DNA of 51,468 nt from a bacterium (GTDB lineage: Bacteria; Patescibacteriota; Minisyncoccia; Minisyncoccales; RBG-13-42-11), in contig JAUSLA010000015.1 in NCBI GenBank assembly GCA_030646565.1, forward strand, positions 1-51,468, written 5' to 3'. The first letter of the stretch is position 1. Each line of letters starts with the position of its first letter. Shown in pieces: positions 9,420 through 16,437 of the stretch. The notes below the pieces were generated by a model that did no database searches, was not told the DNA's origin, and saw nothing but the letters and a program-made list of their open reading frames with translations. The translations under genes and the position numbers were made by a program.

Positions 9420-10283
9420 TTAACGTATTGCTTCGGTAATAGCGTCTATTAAATCTACGGCCGTTAATGATTCTCCGAATTTTTTGCCAGCTAATTCTCC
9501 GGCCGATCCATTAATAAAAGCTGCCGCCTGTCCCGCTTCAAAAGGAGAAACGCCCCTTGCCATTAAAGCTCCAGCAATACCGGCTAAAGTATCTCCCGTT
9601 CCGCCTACCGTCATAAAAGGACTGCCGGTTTTATTTATAGCCACTTCTTTTCCGTTAGAGATTATGTCTATTTTTCCTTTGAGCAAAATCGTGATTTGAA
9701 AGCGGTCAGCTTCAGCTTGAACGATTTTTATTTTTTCTTCGTCCGGCAGTTGATAAATTTCTTTTCCGGTTAAAACAAAAAATTCGTATGTATGCGGGGT
9801 TATTAAAAAGTTTTTACCGGCTATAACACTTGGCTCTTTCGCAACTGCCTGAATTGCGTCAGCATCAATGACTGCGGGAACTTGAACCTGAGAAAGATAT
9901 TCCAAAATTGTTTCCTGTGTTTCCCTTGTTCTTCCCACACCGCCACCAATAACTACCGCTGTTTTCCCGTAGGAAACTGTTTTTGCGGCTTCCGTCATTA
10001 AAAGCATAGTAGCTAAATGTTTTTTGGCCAGCCAATCGCCTTCTAAGGGATAGGCGGCTAAAATCGGAGAAAAAGAAGCGATAATATCGGCTGCTCTTTT
10101 TGGGGCAATGATTCTTACCATATCCGCTCCCGCCCTAAAAGCAGCCAAAGCCGATAAAGCCGGGGAACCGGAATAAAATTCCGAGCCGCCGATAACGGTT
10201 AATAATCCGAAGTCGTATTTTTTACTGCCTTGCGGCCTTGTCTTATAGATATTTTTTAGGATATTTTTAGATACTTCTACCAT
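9420..10283 (-). CDS. nnrD: ADP-dependent NAD(P)H-hydrate dehydratase (YjeF C-terminal type)
   Basis: The protein has LLTVIGGSEFYSGSPALSALAAFRAGADMV and GGTGDTLAGIAGAL. Confidence 0.8.
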   Translation of the reverse strand: MVEVSKNILKNIYKTRPQGSKKYDFGLLTVIGGSEFYSGSPALSALAAFRAGADMVRIIAPKRAADIIASFSPILAAYPLEGDWLAKKHLATMLLMTEAAKTVSYGKTAVVIGGGVGRTRETQETILEYLSQVQVPAVIDADAIQAVAKEPSVIAGKNFLITPHTYEFFVLTGKEIYQLPDEEKIKIVQAEADRFQITILLKGKIDIISNGKEVAINKTGSPFMTVGGTGDTLAGIAGALMARGVSPFEAGQAAAFINGSAGELAGKKFGESLTAVDLIDAITEAIR

Positions 10284-10320
10284 AAGTTTATCTTTTTTAG
10301 CTTATTAGCTGGTTAGCTTT

Positions 10321-12054
10321 TTAGGCCTTCCCCGTTTTTCTTCTTAAATAAGCCGGCGTCTCCCAAAATCGTTCTTTTTCAGCTATCTCCCGCTCTATTT
10401 CTTCAATTTCTTTTTTTATCTGAATGGCGTTTTTTCTGATTTTTTCCTCTCCCCCATTTTGAACTAAAACCTGCTTGACTTGAGACAATTTTTCTTCTTC
10501 CGAAAAAATAGGCGCCGTTTCTTTTTCTTTTTCCTGTTTGACAAATTCAATAGCAATCTTTTTTGGTTCTTCCTTTTCAGATTTTTCTGCTTTGCGCCTC
10601 TTTTGCGCATCCGCCGATGAGGAGGATTCTCTAATGATTTTTTTCTTTTCTGGAATCTCCTTTTCTTCTATCGCGCCCTTAACAACTGCTGATATTTTTT
10701 TGTCGAAGAGCTTCGCTCTTCTCCGCTCTTCGCTGCGGCTCGAGCTATTGATTCTTTTTTTATGTACGGGCTGTTTTTTTTCTTCTCCAGTCGGAGAACT
10801 TCGTTCTTCTACACTCTTCGCTGCGGCTCGAGTAAGCGAAGGTTTAAGAAGAGGATATAATCCTCTTCGCCTACCCTTCACTTGCGCTCGGCTAAACAAC
10901 TTCATTCCGCAGCCGTTAGCCAAAAGGGTGGTTTTAATTATTTCTGAATACTTTGGGTTTTGAGAAATTCCAAAAATAATCTTGGCTTCCGGATGAACCA
11001 ATTCGGAAATGGTCTTTGATATTTGACTCACTTCGAAAAGAGAAAGATTTTTTTCTCCCGCAATATTAAACAAAACTCCTTTTGCCCCCCGAATATTGTA
11101 GGAATACAAAGGGGAGGAAAGGACTTTGTCAATCAATTCTTTAATTGAACCTTCTTTTCTCTGTACTTCAGCGGTATTTAAGTATACCAACCGTCCCTGC
11201 CCTTCCAAAATAGTTCTGAAATCGGCAAAATCAATATTAATTAAACCCGGCTCATAAATTGTTTCAATCAAACCGCCCAAACTTTCCGCTAAATTTTTAT
11301 TAATAACCGAAAGGGCTTGTTTCAAAGGAGTATCCTTATCAATAATCTGGAAGACCCTTTCGTTGGGAATAATCGTAATGGCATTGAGAGAATTTTTTAT
11401 TTTCTTTAAAGCGTCTTTGGCAATTTCCATTTTCTTTTCGCCTTCAAATTTGAAAGGCAAAGTAAAAATGCCATACGTGAGATTTCCCAAGCTTTTAGAA
11501 ATTTTAGCAAAAATAGGAGCCGCTCCCGAACCCGCTCCTCCTCCTAAAGAAGCGACTAAAATACATAAATCCTGGCCTTCTAAGAGTTTTTGAATTTTTT
11601 CCTTTGCTTCCAGGGCCGCATCCCTGCCAAAATCAGCATTCATGCCAGTTCCCAATCCATGGGTAAGGTTCTCGCCGAATTGAAAACGCAAAACCTTTTT
11701 CCCCAATGATTTTAAAGCCTGGAGGTCAGTGTTAGCTGCCGCAAAAGAAGCCTTAGACATTCCAGGAGCAATTTCCGATACAATTGAGCCTCCCCCGCCT
11801 CCAATTCCAATCACCCTTATTTTTGTTTTTTTAATTCCCTCGTTCTCAACTTTCGGTTTTTCAATGGCAAAGGACTTTTTTGTCAAAGAGGCCTTCTGCC
11901 GTCGAGTCGAAGACAAGACGAAAGAAGAAAAACTTTTCTTCGCACTCTTCTTCACCTGCCCGAGTCGCAACGAAGGGTGGAGAAGAAGGAATCTTCTTCG
12001 ACTCGCCCCGCTTCGCGGGGCTCGGTTTTTAATTTTTTTCTTAATTTTTCGCAT
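10321..12054 (-). CDS. ftsZ: Cell division GTPase FtsZ with a long repeat-bearing linker
   Basis: The protein has IGIGGGGGS, GLGTGMNADFG and GGGAGSGAAP, plus the C-terminal peptide ETPAYLRRK. A possible alternative TTG start at 11886 lies just downstream of the 5' repeat cluster. Confidence 0.85.
   Translation of the reverse strand: MRKIKKKIKNRAPRSGASRRRFLLLHPSLRLGQVKKSAKKSFSSFVLSSTRRQKASLTKKSFAIEKPKVENEGIKKTKIRVIGIGGGGGSIVSEIAPGMSKASFAAANTDLQALKSLGKKVLRFQFGENLTHGLGTGMNADFGRDAALEAKEKIQKLLEGQDLCILVASLGGGAGSGAAPIFAKISKSLGNLTYGIFTLPFKFEGEKKMEIAKDALKKIKNSLNAITIIPNERVFQIIDKDTPLKQALSVINKNLAESLGGLIETIYEPGLINIDFADFRTILEGQGRLVYLNTAEVQRKEGSIKELIDKVLSSPLYSYNIRGAKGVLFNIAGEKNLSLFEVSQISKTISELVHPEAKIIFGISQNPKYSEIIKTTLLANGCGMKLFSRAQVKGRRRGLYPLLKPSLTRAAAKSVEERSSPTGEEKKQPVHKKRINSSSRSEERRRAKLFDKKISAVVKGAIEEKEIPEKKKIIRESSSSADAQKRRKAEKSEKEEPKKIAIEFVKQEKEKETAPIFSEEEKLSQVKQVLVQNGGEEKIRKNAIQIKKEIEEIEREIAEKERFWETPAYLRRKTGKA
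10702..10893. repeat. Three family A units inside the ftsZ C-terminal linker coding region
   Basis: The units are GTCGAAGAGCTTCGCTCTTCTCCGCTCTTCGCTGCGGCTCGAG at 10702-10746, GTCGGAGAACTTCGTTCTTCTACACTCTTCGCTGCGGCTCGAG at 10790-10832, and ...GCGAAGGTTTAAGAAGAGGATATAATCCTCTTCGCCTAC... at 10833-10893. Confidence 0.75.
11899..12027. repeat. Family A cluster at the ftsZ 5' end
   Basis: The cluster reads CCGTCGAGTCGAAGACAAGACGAAAGAAGAAAAACTTTTCTTCGCACTC...CCGAGTCGCAACGAAGGGTGGAGAAGAAGGAATCTTCTTCGACTCGCCCCGCTTCGCGGGGCTCGG. Confidence 0.8.
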
Positions 12055-12124
12055 GTTAATTAAGTTTACTCCGTTAGAAATTTGCCGTCAATATCGGTAA
12101 TAAAATTTAAAAAATACCGATATT

Positions 12125-12586
12125 TTATTGGATGCTCAAAAGTTCCACCTCAAAAATCAAAAAGGCGTTAGGCGGAATGGGACCTCCCGGCGTCCCTTTT
12201 TCTCCGTAGCCAAGCTCCGGAGGAATTGTCAGTTTTCTTTTTTCTCCAACCTTCATTCCCAAAACCCCGATATCCCAGCCCTTTATCACTTGTCCCGCTC
12301 CCAACGTAAAAGAAAATGGAACACCCCTGTCTCTGCTGGAATCAAACTTTGTGCCATCAAGAAGAGTGCCTGTATAGTGGACAGAAACAATGTTTTCGTT
12401 TTCAGCTGTTTTTCCCTGCCCTTCTTGAATAACTTCTATTTTCAATCCTCCATTTTGTTCTTTTAATATAGCCCCCTGATTTTCTGAATTATTTTCTTTT
12501 GGCTTTTCTTTGTTCTGCAACATAAAATAAAAACCGAAAACAGCGACTATTAAAACAATTATTATCAAAACAATTTTGCTGGCCAT
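12125..12586 (-). CDS. FKBP-type peptidyl-prolyl cis-trans isomerase, N-terminally membrane anchored
   Basis: The protein has a hydrophobic N-terminus followed by [24 protein letters not shown] and FEVELLSI. Confidence 0.85.
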   Translation of the reverse strand: MASKIVLIIIVLIVAVFGFYFMLQNKEKPKENNSENQGAILKEQNGGLKIEVIQEGQGKTAENENIVSVHYTGTLLDGTKFDSSRDRGVPFSFTLGAGQVIKGWDIGVLGMKVGEKRKLTIPPELGYGEKGTPGGPIPPNAFLIFEVELLSIQ

Positions 12587-12675
12587 ATTTTTATTATATC
12601 AGAATGATTTCCAACAGCATAATCAAAAGGCTTGAAACGATGGAAATTAAGATTACCATTTTCCAGCTTATTTTT

Positions 12676-12906
12676 CTATTTAAAAAACCCATTGATTTCA
12701 AAAATCTTATTTTGTTGCCTTGACCCCTTAACTAATTTTAATTTTCCTGCCGGGATATTCAGACGAGAAGATAGAATATTTATTACTGCCCTGTTTGCCC
12801 TCCCCTCTTTGGGTTTTTCTCTCACATAAACATTGAAGGAATCGCTGCCCCTCTTAATGATTTTATTTTCTTTTGAATTTGGAAAAACTTTAATTTTAAT
12901 AAACAT
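12676..12906 (-). CDS. DUF167 (YggU-like) protein
   Basis: IKVFPNSKENKI...EKPKEGRANRAVINILS...KLVKGSRQQNKIFEI follows the DUF167 pattern. Confidence 0.7.
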   Translation of the reverse strand: MFIKIKVFPNSKENKIIKRGSDSFNVYVREKPKEGRANRAVINILSSRLNIPAGKLKLVKGSRQQNKIFEINGFFK

Positions 12907-13973
12907 TATGCATTATGTTTTATTTCAATAACATCGCCGTCCTGAATCACGTATTCCTTGCCCTCTGTACGGATTAATCCTTTTTCCCGGGCTTGAGAGA
13001 ATCCGCCTTTATCCAAAAGGTCTTTCCAGTTTATTACTTCAGCCTTGATAAAATGTTTTTCGAAATCGCTGTGTATTACTCCTCCTGCCTGCGGAGCCAT
13101 TAATCCTTTTTTAATTGTCCACGCTCTTGTTTCATCTGGCCCTGTGGTGAAAAAAGTGATGAGACCCAACAATTCGTATGCCTTTTTTATCAAAACATCC
13201 AATTCTGATTCCGCGGGCAAACCCAAAGACAATCTTTCCTCTTTACCAAAAACTGCTGCTTCAAGTTCCGTTAAAACGTCTATTATTAAAAACGGCCAAA
13301 GATTTTTTTGAAATTCTTCCGTTATATTTTTGGGAACTTCTTCATTGCTACCGTTTAATAAATACAATCTTGGCTTTATTGTCAGGAGTTGGTATTGGCG
13401 AATGATTTTTAATTCTTCTTCGCTGAAATTCTGCTCGCTCAAAATTTTACCAGTTTCCAAAAATTCTTTAACTTTTTTAAGGATTTCTAATTCTTTTAAG
13501 GCCTCTTTTTTGCCGGTCTTTGCATCTCCCTCCAAGGAGCTTGTCCTCTTTTCTGTTGTTTCCAAATCCTTTAGTATCAATTCCATGTCCAAAATTTCTT
13601 TATCAAATATAGGATTTATTTCCGGCTGAACGTTGACTATGTCATCCTTTGAAAACGCGCGCAAAACATATAAAATCGCGTCCGTCTCTCTTATGTTGGC
13701 TAAAAATTTATTCCCAAGACCTTCTCCCTTGCTGGCCCCCTTTACCAATCCCGCAATATCCAAAAATTCAATAGTTGTGTATATTTTTTTGGCTGATTTT
13801 GTCAATTCGGCAAGCTTGTCTACTCTTTCGTCTAAAACCGCAACAACGCCCACATTGGGGTCAATGGTGCAAAAAGGGTAGTTGGCCGTATCAACTTGTT
13901 TTTTGGTTATTGTTTGGAAAAGCGTTGATTTGCCCACATTAGGCAGACCCACTATTCCTATTGAAAGCGCCAT
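12906..13973 (-). CDS. ychF: Ribosome-binding ATPase YchF
   Basis: The protein has GIVGLPNVGKST, NYPFCTIDPNVG and the C-terminal TGS-like DGDVIEIKHN. Confidence 0.9.
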   Translation of the reverse strand: MALSIGIVGLPNVGKSTLFQTITKKQVDTANYPFCTIDPNVGVVAVLDERVDKLAELTKSAKKIYTTIEFLDIAGLVKGASKGEGLGNKFLANIRETDAILYVLRAFSKDDIVNVQPEINPIFDKEILDMELILKDLETTEKRTSSLEGDAKTGKKEALKELEILKKVKEFLETGKILSEQNFSEEELKIIRQYQLLTIKPRLYLLNGSNEEVPKNITEEFQKNLWPFLIIDVLTELEAAVFGKEERLSLGLPAESELDVLIKKAYELLGLITFFTTGPDETRAWTIKKGLMAPQAGGVIHSDFEKHFIKAEVINWKDLLDKGGFSQAREKGLIRTEGKEYVIQDGDVIEIKHNA

Positions 13974-14105
13974 ATTTTATTTATTATAAATATTTTAAAA
14001 ACTCTTTTGGGCTTATTTTAATTTCTCTCAAAATTTGCCTTAAAAGACCGCGATAGATATCTTCTCTACCACAATAACCCTATTTGAAGAAAAAATAAAG
14101 TTTAA

Positions 14106-14299
14106 AAAGAAAAAGGCCCCTGCGACCACCTAAAGGAAGGTGAGATTAGCAAGGGCACATAGCGCTCAAATATCTCCTGGGACAGGAGCGCCTTTACCAT
14201 CCCAGAATATCCCTGTTAGTCCCTTCGTGACCGGGAATCGTCTTTCGAAGGACCTAGCGTACCGCCAGTCAGAAGTTCGCTAGGCAACTTTCCGACTGT
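14106..14299 (-). ncRNA. Unassigned structured small RNA (~190 nt) with its own promoter and intrinsic terminator
   Basis: The minus-strand transcript is predicted from a TTGACA-16 nt-TGATATACT promoter. It ends at the hairpin CCCTTGC..CACCT-TCCTTT-AGGTG..GCAGGGG followed by CCTTTTTCTTTTT. Internal structure includes a possible pseudoknot (CAGTC/GACTG crossing CCTAGCG/CGCTAGG) and the stem GTCCTTCG/CGAAGGGAC. I could not assign an RNA family. Confidence 0.45.
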
Positions 14300-14305
14300 A
14301 TAAAT

Positions 14306-14333
14306 AGTATATCATATCCAATTAAGTTGTCAA
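14306..14333 (-). promoter_or_regulatory. Sigma70-type promoter for the 14.1-14.3 kb RNA
   Basis: Read on the minus strand, the -35 box TTGACA is at 14333-14328 and the extended -10 TGA-TATACT has its hexamer at 14311-14306. The spacer is 16 nt. Confidence 0.5.
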
Positions 14334-14475
14334 GAAGCGATTTTGAGAACATTATTTTATTAAAAAATCGCTAGACAGGTGGGTTTTTTGTAAAAAACTT
14401 ATAACTGTTCTGGATTTTTTAAAAACAGATGCGTATGATATAATAATTAGTAATAGCTTATTATTTTAAAAAAGG

Positions 14476-14718
14476 ATGGGAAAAATAAATCTAAAAAAAT
14501 TAATCAGTCGGCTTCAAGACGCCCTAATATACGAAGAAAGGTCTTTGATTAGCTCTCAACACGATTGCTATAAAAACCTGCCGGGAAATTTAAGCCAAAA
14601 AGAAGTGGAAGAAGCAAGAGAAATGCTGGACACCCTTTTAATCCAATCCTTGAACCATGCCAATGTTTTGGGTGATTTAATTATAAAATACTATGAAAAA
14701 TCTTTTAAAGAGCTTTGA
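14476..14718 (+). CDS. Hypothetical helical protein (possible detached N-terminal part of the downstream sensor kinase)
   Basis: This 80-aa helical ORF overlaps the next ORF by 26 nt in a different frame. Confidence 0.4.
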   Translation: MGKINLKKLISRLQDALIYEERSLISSQHDCYKNLPGNLSQKEVEEAREMLDTLLIQSLNHANVLGDLIIKYYEKSFKEL

Positions 14719-15736
14719 GGTTCTGCTTCCCTTAGAAACAGAAGCAAGCCAGATTTACTCTGCAATACTGGATGAGTTTCCTGGGGTTGATGAACTTGCT
14801 GAAAAAATCAGCCACATAAGAAACGAGGAAATTTACCACATACAAATAGCTAATAGCCTTATTAAAATAGGGAAAAAAGCAGAAAAAAGAAAAACAGGAA
14901 TCATTATTCCTTCCAAGAATACGCGGGACTTTCTGCAGAATGATTTTAATTTTAAGGGCTATTTATTAAATACGTTAACTCGGCTCCTTGATGCAAAAAT
15001 TCAGTCATTTATGTTGATTAATTTGCTGAATAAAAAAGATGTAAGGTATCAAAGGGCAAGGCAAACTCGCGATAATATAACAAAAATCATTATTCATAAT
15101 CTTAAAAGCCCTTTAACAATAACTAAATGGATCTCTGACTTGCTGCTGGAAGGGAAAAAAGAAAAATTAACTGGCGAGCAGAAAGAAATGGTAGAAAAAA
15201 TTAAAACTGCCAACAGTTCAATGTTTTCGCTTGTGAAAGATGTTTTAGAAATGAACCAAGCCGAAGAAAAGAAAAAATTGAAAAAAGAAAAAATTAACAC
15301 AACGAAGATTTTGGAAGAAATTATAAAAGAATCAAACAATCTAATTAAAATTACAGGCCAAAAAATTAATTTTCAACCGCCAAAAAAAGATATAATAGTT
15401 TTGAGTAACGCCGAAGTTTTAAAAAAAGTTCTCTCTGCCATTTTGACTAATGCTATCTCCTACGGAAAAAAGGGAGGAAAAATTTTCGTTAAGACAGAAA
15501 AAGAAAAAAACGGAAAAGTTTTAATTTCGGTGGCTGATAATGGAATTGGAATACCGCAAAAAGAACAAAAAGATATTTTTAAAAAGCTTTTCAGGGCATC
15601 TAATGCAAAAGTTCTTTATTCTGAAGGAAGCGGTCTTGGGCTTTATATCGCTAAGGAATTAGTTAAAAATATAGGCGGAAAAATCTGGTTTAAAAGCCAA
15701 GAAGGCAAAGGAAGCGAATTCTTTATACTCATTTAA
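14693..15736 (+). CDS. Sensor histidine kinase (HisKA + HATPase_c), apparently cytoplasmic
   Basis: The H-box is IIHNLKSPLT, the N-box is LTNAISYG, and the G-boxes are DNGIGIP and GSGLGLYIAKELV. I saw no transmembrane segment and no adjacent response regulator. Confidence 0.75.
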   Translation: MKNLLKSFEVLLPLETEASQIYSAILDEFPGVDELAEKISHIRNEEIYHIQIANSLIKIGKKAEKRKTGIIIPSKNTRDFLQNDFNFKGYLLNTLTRLLDAKIQSFMLINLLNKKDVRYQRARQTRDNITKIIIHNLKSPLTITKWISDLLLEGKKEKLTGEQKEMVEKIKTANSSMFSLVKDVLEMNQAEEKKKLKKEKINTTKILEEIIKESNNLIKITGQKINFQPPKKDIIVLSNAEVLKKVLSAILTNAISYGKKGGKIFVKTEKEKNGKVLISVADNGIGIPQKEQKDIFKKLFRASNAKVLYSEGSGLGLYIAKELVKNIGGKIWFKSQEGKGSEFFILI

Positions 15737-15749
15737 CAAAAGTTGAAAA

Positions 15750-15950
15750 CCTGCGTCCCGTAAAGCGGGGCGAAGACGATGCGAAGAGATAAATCTCTTA
15801 TCAAGTCCCGCTTTGCGGGACGCAGATGGAAAAGAAGGAAGAAACCTTCTTTGACTCTTAATCTTCGCTCGGTTCTACCTCGCTCAATAGATGAAGCAAC
15901 ATTTCATCGCCTAGGCGGGGCGATGAAGCTATTGCTTCATCTTCCCTTCA
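15750..15950. repeat. Element-only tract of about 4 tandem family A units
   Basis: The tract contains GCGTCCCGTAAAGCGGGGCG, AAGAGATAAATCTCTT, GTCCCGCTTTGCGGGAC, GATGAAGCAACATTTCATCGCCTA and GGCGATGAAGCTATTGCTTCATC. Track ORF 15779..16012 is repeat-derived. Confidence 0.75.
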
Positions 15951-15961
15951 CTTTCAGTAAT

Positions 15962-15985
15962 CAAAAATCCGCCTTGGGCGGATTT
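15962..15985 (-). terminator. Rho-independent terminator of the 16001..16294 gene
   Basis: The minus strand reads AAATCCGCC-CAA-GGCGGATTT followed by TTTTGA. Confidence 0.65.
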
Positions 15986-16000
15986 CTGTTATCTATAAAA

Positions 16001-16294
16001 TTAATATTCTAATTTTATCCCAAGTTTTTCGGCAACCTGATGAAACCACTTTTCGTGGCGATCAACTTTGTGAGCTAACATCACCATTTCCTGAAAATAA
16101 GTATCGGCCTTCTTGGCGTAAGCATCAATGGAAACCATAAGATTATTAAAATCCTCTTTTGTAGAAAGATTCTTTACAGCTTTCTCTAAATCTTCTCTAG
16201 TGGCAAATACATCAAACAGCTTATTAAATCTTTCGTCAATTTTCTCAAACTTCTCATCTAAATATTGAATCAATTCGCTAAAATCTTCTTTCAT
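16001..16294 (-). CDS. Hypothetical coiled-coil protein
   Basis: This 97-aa charged helical ORF has its own terminator. I recognised no family. Confidence 0.5.
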   Translation of the reverse strand: MKEDFSELIQYLDEKFEKIDERFNKLFDVFATREDLEKAVKNLSTKEDFNNLMVSIDAYAKKADTYFQEMVMLAHKVDRHEKWFHQVAEKLGIKLEY

Positions 16295-16296
16295 AT

Positions 16297-16349
16297 ACCG
16301 AGTCCCGCTTTGCGGGACGAAGGTGAAGAAGAATTAATATTCTTCGCCT
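16297..16349 (+). repeat. Family A element
   Basis: The sequence is ACCGAGTCCCGCTTTGCGGGACGAAGGTGAAGAAGAATTAATATTCTTCGCCT. Confidence 0.85.
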
Positions 16350-16398
16350 AATCTTATTATATGCGTTTTCAAACTATGCTGTCAAATATAAGTATTGT

Positions 16399-16437
16399 AC
16401 CGAAGGTGAAGAAGAGAACCTCGTCCTCTTTGCCTAC
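16399..16437 (+). repeat. Family A half-element (hairpin 2 only)
   Basis: The sequence is ACCGAAGGTGAAGAAGAGAACCTCGTCCTCTTTGCCTAC. It abuts the typA stop codon. Confidence 0.7.

Noticed and set aside
14106-14299. I considered SRP RNA, 6S RNA or RNase P RNA as the identity of the 14.1-14.3 kb RNA.
   Set aside because: I found no GNAR tetraloop flanked by the conserved AGCA-containing symmetric loop of SRP helix 8. The 5' and 3' ends do not pair into the long 6S-type hairpin. None of the RNase P conserved regions (for example GAGGAAAGTCC) is present, and the RNA is too short for RNase P. It therefore stays unassigned.
15750-15950. I asked whether the repeat tracts at 15.75 kb, 19.6-20.0 kb and 44.8 kb could be CRISPR arrays.
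   Set aside because: The units are in mixed orientation and directly abutting or irregularly spaced. They differ from one another, there are no unique spacers of constant length, and no cas genes are present. They belong to the dispersed family A.
15779-16012. Track ORFs lying wholly in repeat tracts (15779..16012, 6387..6659, 19728..20039, the first 36 codons of 19828..20496, and 18320..18637) could in principle be genes.
   Set aside because: Their sequence is made of family A units. They have no ribosome-binding sites and no recognisable protein features, and they overlap better-supported features.
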